Shown here: in pieces, positions 13,377-25,823 of the stretch
How positions within the stretch are numbered: the first letter of the stretch is position 1
Layout: each line of letters starts with the position of its first letter
Source: Mytilus edulis
Lineage: Eukaryota
Direction: 5' to 3'
Assembly (NCBI RefSeq): GCF_963676685.1
Contig: NC_092346.1
Coordinates: forward strand, 96,224,001 to 96,288,000
Length of the DNA: 64,000 nt
Notes under the pieces: generated by a model
Database searches by the model: none
What the model saw: only the letters and a program-made list of their open reading frames with translations
What the model was told of the DNA's origin: nothing
Translations under genes and position numbers: made by a program

Positions 13377-13837
13377 GGTAGGTAGGTAGGGATTTTTTTT
13401 AATTTTATGGTGTTTTTTTTACATTGAGTCTATGGGAGCAACATTCTGACTTTAACAGTACTAGTGCTTAATGAAAAATGACAATAAAATCTTTTGGGTA
13501 GTCTATTTTCAAGCCGAAAAAGTAGGGACGGTAGGGTTACTGGAATCACATACATATTTTTATTTGGCCTATTAGTATCATGGACCTGATAAACTTACAG
13601 AAGAGACGTATTTCGACAACAATTCTTAAATGAGCTTACATTTCACCATCCGCAACTTTATTGTATTTTTTCGTTCCAAATATTCCAAATATTGAAGAAG
13701 TTTGAAGAAAGAGATTTTTTTCTGTCCGGGGAATATAAGTAAGGGAAGAGAAACCAATCTGTTCTGTTCTATTCTGTACAGGTATATTCCACGTTATATA
13801 TATCGGAACACTCCTACTTGGGATTAAATATTTTATT

Positions 13838-14819
13838 GGCACTGGCTACGGTTACATGGAAATGTAACAATAATAAAAATATTATTGTTACATTGGAGAC
13901 TAATTGCCGGAATGCAAAGTTGGGTGAGGAACCGATTAATTACAAATGTAACAATAATTACTGAGGCTACGGTTACATTACGTTATTGTTACATGAAATA
14001 CAGCAATGTACGCTAGATTGATAAAACTTAAATCTTCTATAGTTGAACTGCTTCATTCTTTCATATGTACTAAACAATACTTGTAATTTAATACTGATAA
14101 ATAATAAAATATTATTATTCAACAAATGGTGTACAACTTGAATAGTTTAACTACGTATTAATGGTTTTGATGTTCTTAAAGATACTACTCAAGATTAGGA
14201 ATGTGACTGTCAAAGGCGAAAAATATAGTCAATGGTTTCACTTTCTTAAAGTATTTAACTGCACACCTACTCTTATTACTGTCATTATACTTTGGACCAA
14301 TTTTGTTTATGGTGAAAAAAATAAAACTTGGGATGCGTTTTAAACGAAACTGAAACAATATCAAGACATACATTTCATACAGCTTTATAACTTGACGCAA
14401 ATTGATAATCAAAAGCAAAGTTTGCTAATTGTAACTTTTAAAATACTAAGAAATTCTGTATGTACACTTATCCGTGGAGGACGTAATTTCGTTCATCAAA
14501 AATGTGTCGGACTTTAAAACAACTTACTGGATTTGTAGAAATTGTCATTGTAAATAAAAAATTACAGTAAATAAATTGTATGTTATAAATGTATGTAATA
14601 AATGTCCTCAACTTTTATTATTTAGTACATATTACTAGTCCCATCGTACATTGCTTTTTTTCATGTAACAATAACGCAATGTAACCGTAGCCTCAATAAT
14701 TATTGTTACATTCGTAATTAAACAGGTCCTTACCCAACCATGCATTCCGGCATTTAGTCTCCAATGTAACAATACTATTTTTATTATTGTTACATTTCCA
14801 TGTAACCGTAGCCAGTGCC
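13838..14819. mobile_element. Foldback, Mutator-like non-autonomous element
   Basis: About 175-bp TIRs starting GGCACTGGCTACGGTTACATGGAAATGTAACAATAAT; 9-bp TSD TATTTTATT at 13829-13837 and 14820-14828. Confidence 0.88.
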
Positions 14820-16109
14820 TATTTTATTTACACAGATATTTACACAGTGTGGTGGGGTGCTTAAGTTTAAAAACTTTATATACAGGTAAGACTGTGAATT
14901 TCAAAAATAAGTGTATATTTAGTGCTATTTACATCATTTATAATTCTACCTAAGTTAAAAATTTTGATTTAAAAAACGTTTTGATTCCTTTTAATGAGAC
15001 AATGGGGTGATTCTACCATATGTTTAATAAGTTAAAGGATTAAAATATGAAAGAAAAAGAAAAAAAACCAAGGATAAAAGGTAAAAATAAGTTGATTAAA
15101 AAAAAAAAAAAAATTGAGATTAAATTGTTTCAGTAAGGTATCAGCTTAAGACGAGATTATCAAAAATCGGAAATATATCATTAACTTTTTTTTTAATCAT
15201 ATATCGTAAAATTTGAATACATATAGAATAACCATACATTGTCTCGAAATATCAATGTTATTTGTACAAGGCTTAGAAACAGGTAGTAAACGAGGCGGTG
15301 CTGTGATCTCAGGCCTGTCAAGGTCTTTAAGCATATAATTAGACGTAAGCAGCTAATCTAGTCGTAGATAGAGGCAGTTGGCTTGGCATTCCATGCAGAC
15401 TGCTTGGTCCATCTTTCCTGAGATTAGTATGGCTATATATATCTTTATTCTCATAAACCAAAGTACAATGATACAGAAACATATACAAATACATTAACAT
15501 AGTATAAATTTTAAATATAAATGTAAAGTAGAGACATAAAGTGGTTACCCAGGAGATTCTAGGCATTTGATAATAATTCTTATAAACGTGCAGATTGTTT
15601 AGTTCAGACGGGTTGCTACTATTCATTAGACCTTGAAATTTTAAAATATTTGGTCTGTTTATAAAATGATGCTTTAGTAGCAGTTGTCTACTATCGTCTA
15701 TTGCCGATCATGCTAAAATATAATGGAACTCGTCGCCAATGTCACTGGAATTGCACAACTTGAAGTACAAATACGATTTTCACTCTGAATGTTTTGCCAT
15801 CTAGTGTCTTTCTATGTTGTGATATTAAAATATTGTTTCAGGCTAAGAACAGTAATTCTAACATTTCCCTGTTTCAGGTAAGGATGAAGGTTGATATAGT
15901 TATGTTCTTATGATACAGAAAAACAACGTTGTAAAAAAGGGAGAGGGCTGGGACTATTATACTAGTATACTATTATAATAGTCTCAGGAGAGGGCAAAAA
16001 GAAAAATAAAGATTGTCCTGTCCACAAGTACCTATGGTCAAAACACCTAGTATTGTTTCTCACTTGATTTTTTCGATTATTCTATTTCATGTTTATGAGA
16101 TTAGTTTTC

Positions 16110-16440
16110 TGCAGCGTGTGTGTCTCCCTTTTTGAAAACACACGAACTGTTTGCGTTGAGCCAGTCTTCGGTAGTATTCCAGTCTATTGATGTTTGGAAG
16201 ATGGCAGTTAGTGCTTGTGCTGTTTCTGTTGCACATTCTTTAAGAATTCTGTTAGGGATAACATCTGGTCCAGATTCTTTCGATGAGTTTACATCTTTGA
16301 GAAGTTTTTCGAGACTTTAGTGGTTATAAGTAGCTGTGCTATTTTGTTGTTTTAGGCATCGATGTTGAAATTTGTCATTTGTGATCTAAATGGTCGAATT
16401 AAAATTTCTCAGTCTTCCTCTGCTGTCACAGACCTTCTTC
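16110..16440 (-). mobile_element. CR1/L2-like LINE ORF2 fragment
   Basis: Minus strand reads ...SGPDVIPNRILKNVATETAQALTAIFQTS...DWLNAN...FKKG, degraded pre-RT motifs. Confidence 0.65.
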
Positions 16441-16445
16441 TGTTT

Positions 16446-16766
16446 GTTTTTATGCCCCACCTACGATAGTAGAAGGGCATTATGTTTTCTGGTCTGTGCG
16501 TCCGTTCGTCTGTCCGTCCGTCCGTTCGTTCGTTCGTTCGTTCGTTCGTTCGTTCGTCTGTCCCGCTTCAGGTTAAAGGTTTTGGTCAAGGTAGTTTTTG
16601 ATGAAGCTGAAGTCAATCAACTTGAGACTTAGTACACATGTTGCTTATGACATCATCTTTTTAATTTTAATGCCACATTAGATAATTTGCCAAATTTCAC
16701 GGTCCATTGAACATGGAAAATGATAGTGCGAGTGGGGCATCCGTGTACTTTGGACACATTCTTGTT
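16446..16766 (-). mobile_element. Helentron/DINE-1-like non-autonomous element
   Basis: AACAAGAATGTGTCC start, (GACG/GAAC)n microsatellite, terminal hairpin GCCC...GGGGCATAAAAA; same family at 21858-23020 and about 63678-63938. Confidence 0.75.
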
Positions 16767-16941
16767 TAAAGGTGATACTCCAATTTTATCTTTTTTTCGT
16801 GGATTTGATGTACTTACAGAATGGCTTTGTATTGTTTCTTTTGTAGGCATTTGATGATAGTATCATTGATGGATGAGTATTCTGCTTTCCTGACTTCCCG
16901 TTGCACTTCTTTTTGGAACTGTCTGTAGTTTGTCAACTGTT

Positions 16942-17260
16942 TATAAAACTGAGAATGGAAAGGGGGAATGTGTCAAAGAGACAACAAGCTGACAAAAGGG
17001 CAGAAAACAGCCGAAGGCCCCAAATGGGTCTTCAATCCAGTGAGAAAACCCCGCAACCGGAGGCATGCTTCAGCTGCCATATTAAAATAAAAATGTATAC
17101 CAGTTCAGTGATAACAGACGTTATACTAAACTATGAGATTTATCAAAGAAATGAAATAAAAAATCATACAATCAAACAAAGACCAGAGGCTCCTGACGTT
17201 GGACAGTCAGGTGCAAAGATGCAGCATGGTTAAACATGTTCGCAAACATGCGGCGGGTAA
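16942..17260 (+). repeat. Dispersed ~320-bp interspersed repeat (SINE-like)
   Basis: ATAAAAYTGAGAATGGAAA.GGGGAATGTGTCAAAGAGACAAC; reverse copies at about 32607-32938, 20600-20716 and 53905-53935. Confidence 0.7.
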
Positions 17261-17804
17261 GTTCATTTAGGTTGTTGGTATAGCCTTTTTTTTTAACAGT
17301 TTCCTTAATTTTTGGTTTATCTAGGGTAAGATGTTCTTAGAGCGGATTTCTTAAGATATCATGGGATGTGTTTGTCCATTCTTTAAAAAGAGTTCTCACT
17401 TGAGGGTGTCACTCATTCCTTATGCGTTTATTCGAAGATCCTGCATCTGTCGGATTTTTGTTGATATTAGTGAAATCTCCTCTTTAATGTTGTTGCAGTT
17501 TGTCTTAAGAGTAAATATAGCATTTTCTGGGTTTGCTACGCTGGTAGTAAGGTCTGGTGTCACAGTCTGTAACTATCATTTCATGGTTTGATATGCCAGT
17601 TGTGTTTTTGATTTGCTACGCTGTTAGGAAGGTCTGGTGTCACAGTCTGTAACTGTGTGTGTTTTTAACAAGTGATGGGTCTTCCCGTTAAATTAACTCA
17701 AGCAGAAAACTTACAACTGAAAATTGGTAAATAATTGAAAGACACTAGACCATTCAAAGGCATGACTTCAAAATAGTTGTCAAACTGATAGGCACATGTT
17801 GAAA

Positions 17805-19890
17805 AAAAAACCTTCAAACAGGAGATGCGCAAGCTAGAATTAGACCACCAACCCAGCCAAAAAAACCTTCAACACAAGAGATGATCAAGCTACAATTTGA
17901 CCACTGACCGAGCAAAACAATTTTCAACACAAGAGATGATCGATGAGCATAACTATCGTTAGACAACCAAACCAACCAAACAAACAACATTTAACAAAAG
18001 AAGATCAAGCTTCCATTAGACCACCAACCAAGCCAAACAAACAACCTTCAAAACAAGAGATGATCAAGCTTTTATTAATAGACCACCAACCAGAAACAAG
18101 AGTGCACACACTGAAATGTCTCGCCTTCTTTACTAATCATTGATATTATGTTGATAGTCCTAAGTATAAAACTTGATTACAACTGTCACATAAACTTAAC
18201 ATTAACCAAGATAGCTAAACAAAGACCAATGAACCATGAAAATGAGGTCAAGGTCAGATGAACCATGCCAGGCAGACATGTACAGCTAACAAAGCTTCCA
18301 TACAACAAATATAGTTGACCTATTACTTATACTTTAAGAAAAATAGACCAAAACACAAAAACGTTACACTGTGCAATGAACCTTGCAATTGAGGTCATGG
18401 TCAAATAAAACCTGTGGGACTGACATATAGATCATAATATATTTCCATACACTAAATATAGTTGACCTTTGGCATATAATATTAGATAAAAAGACCAAAA
18501 CTTAAAAACTTAACTTTGACCACTGAACCATGAAAATGAGGTCAAGGTCAGATGACATCTGCCCGCTAGACATGTACACCTTACAACCATTCCATACAAC
18601 AAATATAGTAGACCTATTGCATAAAGTATGAGAAAAACAGACCAAAACACAAAAACTTAACTATAACCATTGAACCATGAAAATGAGGTCAAGGTCAGAT
18701 GACACTTGCCAGTTGGACATGTACACCTTCCAGTCCTTCCATACACCAAATATACTAGCCCTATTACTTATAGTATCTGAGATATAGACTTGACCACCAA
18801 AACTTAACCTTGTTCACTGATCCATGAAATGAGGTCGAGGTCAAGTGAAAACTGTCTGACAGGCATGAGGACCTTGAAAGCTATGTACATACCAAATATA
18901 GTTATCCTATTACTTATAATAAGAGAGAATTCAACATTACAAAAATTTTGAACTTTTTTTTCAAGTGGTCACTGAACCATGAAAATGAGGTCAAGGACAT
19001 TGGACATGTGACTGACGGAAACTTCGTAACATGAGGCATCTATATACAAGTATGAAGCATCCAGGTCTTTCACCTTCTAAAATATAAACCTTTTAAGAAG
19101 AGCTAACGCTGCCGCCGCCGGATCACTATCCCTATGTCAAGCTTTCTGCAACAACAGTTGCAGGCTCGACAAAAAACCTGCAATACAGGAGATGAGAAGG
19201 CTTCCATTAGACCACCAACAGCCAAACAAACAACCTCCAACACATGAGATCAGCAGGTTTTCATTAGACCACCAACAGCCAAACAAACAACCTTCAACAC
19301 ATGAGATGAGCTAGCTTCCATTAGTCCACTGACCGAGCAAAAAAACCAACATTCAACACATGAGATTGGCTAGCTACAATTAAGACTACCAATATAGCCA
19401 AACAAACACCCATCAACACAAGAGATGATTGAGCTACCACTAGACCACCAACCAGCCCAAACAAACAACCTCCAACACATGAGATCAGCAGGTTTTCATT
19501 AGACCACCAATTAGCCAAACAAATAACCTTCAACACATGAGATGAGCTAGCTACAATTAAGACAACCAACGTAGCCAATCAAACACCCATCAACACAAGA
19601 GATGAGCAAACTATCATTAGAAGACCAAACCAGCAAAAGAAACTAACTTTAACAAGAGCATATCAAGTTTCCATTAGACCACAAACCAAGCCAAACAAAC
19701 AACCTTAAACAAGAGAAGATCAAGCTTCCATTAGACAACCAACATAGCCAAACAAACACCCATCAACACAAGAGATGATTAAGCTACCACTAGACAACCA
19801 ACCCAGCCAAACAAACACCCTTCAACAAAAAGAAATGATAAAGCTACCACCAGACCACCAACCCAGACAAACAAACAATCTTCATCACAT
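17805..19890. repeat. Degenerate ~60-bp tandem array interrupted by a Helentron-like element
   Basis: Recurrent AAACAAACAACCTTCAACACA.GAGATGA...TTAGACCACCAA on both sides of 18095-19175. Confidence 0.8.
18095..19175 (+). mobile_element. Helentron/DINE-like element with internal ~145-bp tandem repeats
   Basis: AACAAGAG start; repeated ACCATGAAAATGAGGTCAAGGTCA units; GCCGCCGCC tract; terminal hairpin; ends CGACAAAAA. Confidence 0.75.
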
Positions 19891-20432
19891 TCATATAATA
19901 AAGATCAAGTTTTCCATGAAATAAATCAAAATTAGATTGAATTTAATTTATTAGTTTTCAATTTCTTATAAGAAATTTATACTTATGGCAAGTTTTTTTG
20001 AAAAGTGTAAGATTTTTGTTTTGATTTCATAATTCAAATTAAATAGTCTAGAAACATAGAACATCACAAACTAGACATTAATTATTATGTATTATAATAT
20101 GACATTCTTCTTTAGCTTTGGATACAAAGCCATGTTCTAATTCTAATAAAACATAGGCTGCACGTGATTGACATGATATTGCTACATCGGATGAATTTTC
20201 AACAATGTTGACGATAAAAATGGACATTTTTGTTGGTGGAATAAAATAAAAACATTCTAAAAGTAAGTTTAAATGTGTTCGTCCTTTTTTTTTTTTTATT
20301 GTTAAACTGTTGATTTCTATATTGTTTTTGGTTCTTCAAATCAAAATGGTGAAATTTCAAGCGTGTATTATATGTCCTCCTCGAAATACAAAAGTTCAAA
20401 ATATTCCTAGTAGAATCAAAATAATTATATTA

Positions 20433-20566
20433 TGCCATGATCTATGCTCATTTTAAAATGGGTAGGCATTATATTTGTCAACATTTAATACCCCCCCTAA
20501 TGCTCGGTATTAAGATATTGACAAATATAATGCCTACCCATGTTAAAATTAGCAAAGAGCATGGCA
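20433..20566. repeat. Long imperfect palindrome (hairpin 1)
   Basis: TGCCATG...ATGGGTAGGCATTATATTTGTCAA / TTGACAAATATAATGCCTACCCAT...CATGGCA. Confidence 0.85.
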
Positions 20567-20735
20567 AATTATTTCTTAATTTAATTTAGTAAAGTGCCTC
20601 CAACACAGCAGGATTTTCTTGCTATGTTGACCCATTGAGCTCCTTGAGCTGTTTTCTGCTCTTTAATTGGATTGTTGTCTGTTTGACACATTTCCCCCAT
20701 TTCCATTTTCAGTTTTACATGACATTTATATTTAA

Positions 20736-20897
20736 GAAATAATTCATGGCAGCCGTAGATTTGTTTTCATTTAACCATGGGTTGGGCATTTATATTAGAT
20801 TATTTTACCCTGATCTTTAGCAAGGGGTAAAATAAGAATATAAATGCCCAACCCATGGTTAAATGAAAACAAATCTATGGCTGCCATGAATTATTTC
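20736..20897. repeat. Near-perfect palindrome (hairpin 2)
   Basis: GAAATAATTCATGGCAGCCGTAGATTTGTTTTCATTTAACCATGGGTTGGGCATTTATATT and its reverse complement; arms about 75 bp. Confidence 0.9.
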
Positions 20898-21857
20898 GAT
20901 TCTAATAGGTAAAATTTGGTAATTTTGTTAACCGTGAAAGCCCTATACATACAATACTGTTTTGGCTGTTCCATTTTGCCCAATTTTGATAATATTAGTA
21001 GTATCATATAATTCAATGATTTTTTTTTTAATCGCATTTTTCACTTCTATATTTTCTTCCAATGTAATTTTATTCGTTCTGAGGCGTACAAGAAGCTTTA
21101 AAACTCGAGATATTTACATTTGATTTTTTCTTTACGGAAACATACTTGTGACGTCACCTTGTTTCGTTGCCATGCCAAGACAATAACATCATTTCGTGGT
21201 ATTTTCGTTTTATGAAATTTTACCATGAAAAATAAATTGAAATGGAATGATTTGTTTATTTTGGCTGTAGAATAGAGATAAATATATGGTATCTGAATCT
21301 TTGTCTATGTAAACCGAGGGTTTTGATGTCGAAAATTGAGAATATTTGGCAGTACAAATAAGTTGGTCGTAGGGTGGAACAGCCGTTTTTGTGTATTACT
21401 GCTTTTGCGCTAAATGTAGATATATTGCGATTATACTGGTTGACAATCATAGGCCGTCATATTAGAATGTATTGTAATATTTTTTTACAATTGTTTGAAT
21501 TAAAACCATGTTTCTCTGTGTCAACAATGATAGAACATAGATTACCTGTATTCTTATGCTTTACATCAAAACACCTAAATAAACACTGTGTACTGAAAGT
21601 AAAATTAATTTTGAGAAGAAAAAAAAACTTTAAGAATTTACTTCTTTTAATAGAAATATAATATGCACTTATTAAACACATATTTGATACATAGTCCTAA
21701 AATCTGGTTTATTCATGGATTGCAAATATAATGGTATAAAGTGACTAGAAACATTCTTAACTTCACCAATAATGAAAAACTGTCATAGTTTACAGTAAAC
21801 CTTCAGCCATCAATGCATCTAATAAATAATAATTTCCATTCATCATGAAATATTGTA

Positions 21858-22863
21858 AACAAGAATGTGTCCAAAGTACGCGGATGCCCCACTTGCACTA
21901 TCATTTTCCATGTTCAATGGACCGTGAAATTGGGTAAAAAATCTAATTTGGCATTAAAATTATAAAGATCATACCCTAGGGAACATGTGTACTAAGTTTC
22001 AAGTTGATTGGACTTCAACTTCATCAAAAACTACCTTGACCAAAACCTTTAACCTGAAACTCACACTTTCATTTTCTATGTTCAGTGGACCGTGAAATTG
22101 GGTTGAAAAGTCTATTTTGGCTTTAAAATTATATCATAAGCAACAAGTGTACTAAGTTTCAAGTTGATTGGACTTCAGCTTCATCAAAAACTACCTTGAC
22201 CAAAAACTTCTCTGGCATTAGAAAAGAATTTATTTTTTAAAAGAAAACCTTTTCATATGGCCAATAAGTGCTGGGACCCCTGGCTTCCAATTTTAGAAGA
22301 CTAGGTTGATTATCAAAAAATTGGTACATCATGTACCGGAATTATATTTATGTACATTTCTTTCCTTATCCACATCACAACCTATGTTTAATGATTTGAT
22401 ACTGTTATATGTTGGTTTATATATATATGCTTGATGTTTTAGTCGATGTTTATAACTACATGTATGTTCCTCTAAGTTATTGCCTGTACGCAAATATTTG
22501 AATAAATAAATCCTGCAAGATACATTATGAATGCTGTAAGTAAAATATATTTTTTTTTTTTTTTTTTTCCTTTTTCCAAAATTCCAAATTTCTGTGATTT
22601 TTATTTATTTATTCTTTATATATATATTTTTTTTTTTATCTATTCAGATTTATTGATCATTCTGTATTGATAATGTTTTAGTTGGATATATTATAATTTA
22701 AAATGATTTATAAATGTATATATTACAGTTTAAAAAAAACTAACAAATACTAACCAAATTGACTATATTTTATATATGCTACTAACGGTTAACGAGGCCG
22801 GGATAAGGTACCGGTATTTGATGTATCCACTAACAAATGTCAAACTATCAATAAAGTATGATC

Positions 22864-22895
<32 letters not shown>

Positions 22896-23020
22896 CTACC
22901 TTGACCAAAAGCTTTTACCAGACGGACGGACCAACAGACGAAAGAACAGACGAACAAACAGACAGACGCACAGACCAGAAAACATAATGCCCCTCTACTA
23001 TCGTAGGTGGGGCATAAAAA
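21858..23020 (+). mobile_element. Helentron/DINE-like element interrupted by a retro-insertion
   Basis: Same family as 16446-16766; 5' part 21858-22209, 3' part 22896-23020. Confidence 0.75.
22210..22895 (+). mobile_element. 5'-truncated L1/Tx1-like LINE with poly(A) tail
   Basis: Starts with LALEKNLFFK...KCWDPWLPILED* (ORF2 C-terminus-like); poly(A) 22870-22895; flanking duplication CTACCTTGACCAAAA(A/G)CTT. Confidence 0.6.
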
Positions 23021-25823
23021 TTGAAATAAATTGAAAAAATAATTAGTGTGTACAAAAAAAGCCAACAGAGATATGTCTCACCTGTCGGCATACAATTCAG
23101 AAAAAGACAATCTGATGGACAATAGTTTTTTGTACATAGTTCCTATTAATCAAATGTATTAACAGATCATTCAAGCTTGATACAGCTCTCAACTTGATAG
23201 GATTATGATTAAATATTTGACACAAAATGAATGTTGTCTAAGAATTTAAATATTATAATTTGGATGTAAAACTATTATGGTTCTATATCTAGAATCTATT
23301 GTTAGATTCAAAATATTAAAAAAAACCAAGGAGTTCAATTTTTGATGAAATCAAACAAAGTTTTATTATGAAACCTTATATGTGGACCAATTTGATAATG
23401 GGGCCCACAATTCTATAATCTGTATACACTGTTATTTTCCACATTTCAAAGAAACCAGTATATTCATTTTTTTTTTAAATCAAACAAAATTTTATTTTTC
23501 ACCCTGATTTAGACCAACTTAAAACAAGCCCAAAATCAAAGTTCTAAATATATGGTTAGATTAAGCATATCAAAGAACCCAAAGAATCCATTTTTTGTTG
23601 AAATCAAGCAATTTTGGACCCTTTGGACTTAAGTGTGGACCAATTTAAAAACTAGTTAATTTCCAAATATATATATATAAAAAATACAAATTACATATTG
23701 TCATCTATAACAGACACAAATCTAAACCATCTAGCTCTAAACTGACATAATTATAGAAAACTATGACTATACATTACATATATTATCAAAAGCTTAAACA
23801 ACCAAAACATTAAGATATACTGGTAGTATAAATCTATATTTAACTGTTATATATAGATCTACAAAATCACATTACAAGTGTGGATTAATTTAACGTTTAC
23901 AAAAAACAATAACTCCACCTTCACAACCATCATACAATGAAATAAAATTATATATAAACAAAACAACTACATGTAGTAAATAAAAATACATACTAGACAT
24001 AACAAATAAAACTATTGAAAAAAATAATATGAATAAATGATATATAAAAAAGTCTTTATATGTACATGTACAACTTTGGTGTATCGGTTAGCATCAAGGT
24101 AAAATAAAAGCGCTTGTGGCCAGAATGGGGTAGATATTTCTTAATAAGTGTTCTAATAACATTTTTTGGCAATATTGTGAGTTGTTTCCCTTTGTTCTCA
24201 ACACAATCATGCTCAGACTTGCGTCTTTGATATCTAAAGTGTAAAATTGTATTTACAATGAGAGAGCATTACATGTAATCATATTAACATCATAAATAAT
24301 TAGAAAAAAAGTATTCCAGGACAATATCTACAAATATATTCCATATTTTATAATGTGAGAATTTAACCCTCTCGTTTTTTTATTATTTTACATAACTCAT
24401 ATGTATATGCTTCATGTATATAAAAATAAAACTATTTTCTAAATGATAAATCTTTCAATAAACAGGAAGTTAGATTACAAACATCTGGGAATAAAAGTCT
24501 TTAGAATTGTTTTAACTTTGACAAAGATTACAGCGTGGGAATGGAATGGAACTGTAGGGTTTTCTAAAATTTGTTCATTCGGGAGACTTTCGAGCGTGGC
24601 ATGTTGTTTGATGAACTCTAATATTACTATATAACGTTTCTGCTGAAAGTTTTGGTAATCAAAACATTCTATATGTCAATATGAACCAAAAATAATATAA
24701 ACAATATTAGCATCCAAATGTTTTCCTTAGAATGGTGGAGCTCTGAGTAAATCGATCAAAACTGTCACACAACAAATATAAAAAATGTCAAATAAACATT
24801 GAAAAACCAATCGTTGCTACCAGAATTTTTACATGTACCTTTTATGATAATAGTCTTACCTGTTAGAAGGTTTTAAAGCTCTTGTCCCAGTAGAAACCCA
24901 AATATGTTCATTTTCTCAATGTCAGATATTTTATAAGTTCTACAGGGAAGAATTATTTTGAGTGAATTCACATAGTATGGTGCTTACTGGGCCAGCCTTT
25001 ATGATGAGTTGGATAACATTCAATCTGTAATCTTTAATTTTTTATTTTCTGCCAAATTCTGGTACCCACATGCAAATATTCATCATTTCTCATGGAAAGC
25101 CAAGTTATAAGTCTGTAAGCAGTACATTTCTATGGCAGTTCACTTCATACATGAGGACAATGCAAAACTTCACCACTGAGGGGGAAGAATTCTTATACTA
25201 CATGCATAACGTTTTATAATAGTTGAATTTTAACCCAAAATAATTGAAATCAAATATTTGCCAACAGCTGCATACTTATTCTATAGTGGTATTTTTCATC
25301 ACTGTTCGACAACTATAAGACTGAGATTTACATTGTGAACCTACATTGACTTGTCAATTACAATCTATCAGGATGTATGTTTGTTCACATAAACAATATA
25401 TACATAAATATGTGAACTATAAATATTATATACAACACATTGGCAGATTTTCTATACATAACGAATTAATTATAAAATTATGTTGCATTATGGGATTGCA
25501 CTATTTTTGATTGGTCAAGTCATCACTTTGACAAGTTGTGACATTAGTTTAGCATAACATAGTTTTAATTTCTGAAAAATACCAAGAAACCTAAAATCAC
25601 ATATTGTTTAGTAGTCATTATAGAATTTATGTTATTTTCAGATAAAACTGACATGATTGTAAATATTGCCTGGGTAAAAAAATAAATAACCAAAACACCA
25701 CAATTAACTAAAAAATATTAAACATGAACATGAATAAAGAAATCCCACGATTCTTGACAATGGTGTCCACATTAAACAAGGCCATGAATTAAGAAGTCCC
25801 ACAATTATCTCCTTATTATGTAA

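Larger units (their letters stand above)
7677..13569. mobile_element. MITE split by the BEL/Pao insertion (parts 7677-7732 and 13377-13569)
   Basis: TIR GGCCAAATAAGAAAGTATGTATGGTTCCAGTTAC versus reverse complement of right end GGCCAAATAAAAATATGTATGTGATTCCAGTAAC. Confidence 0.75.
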
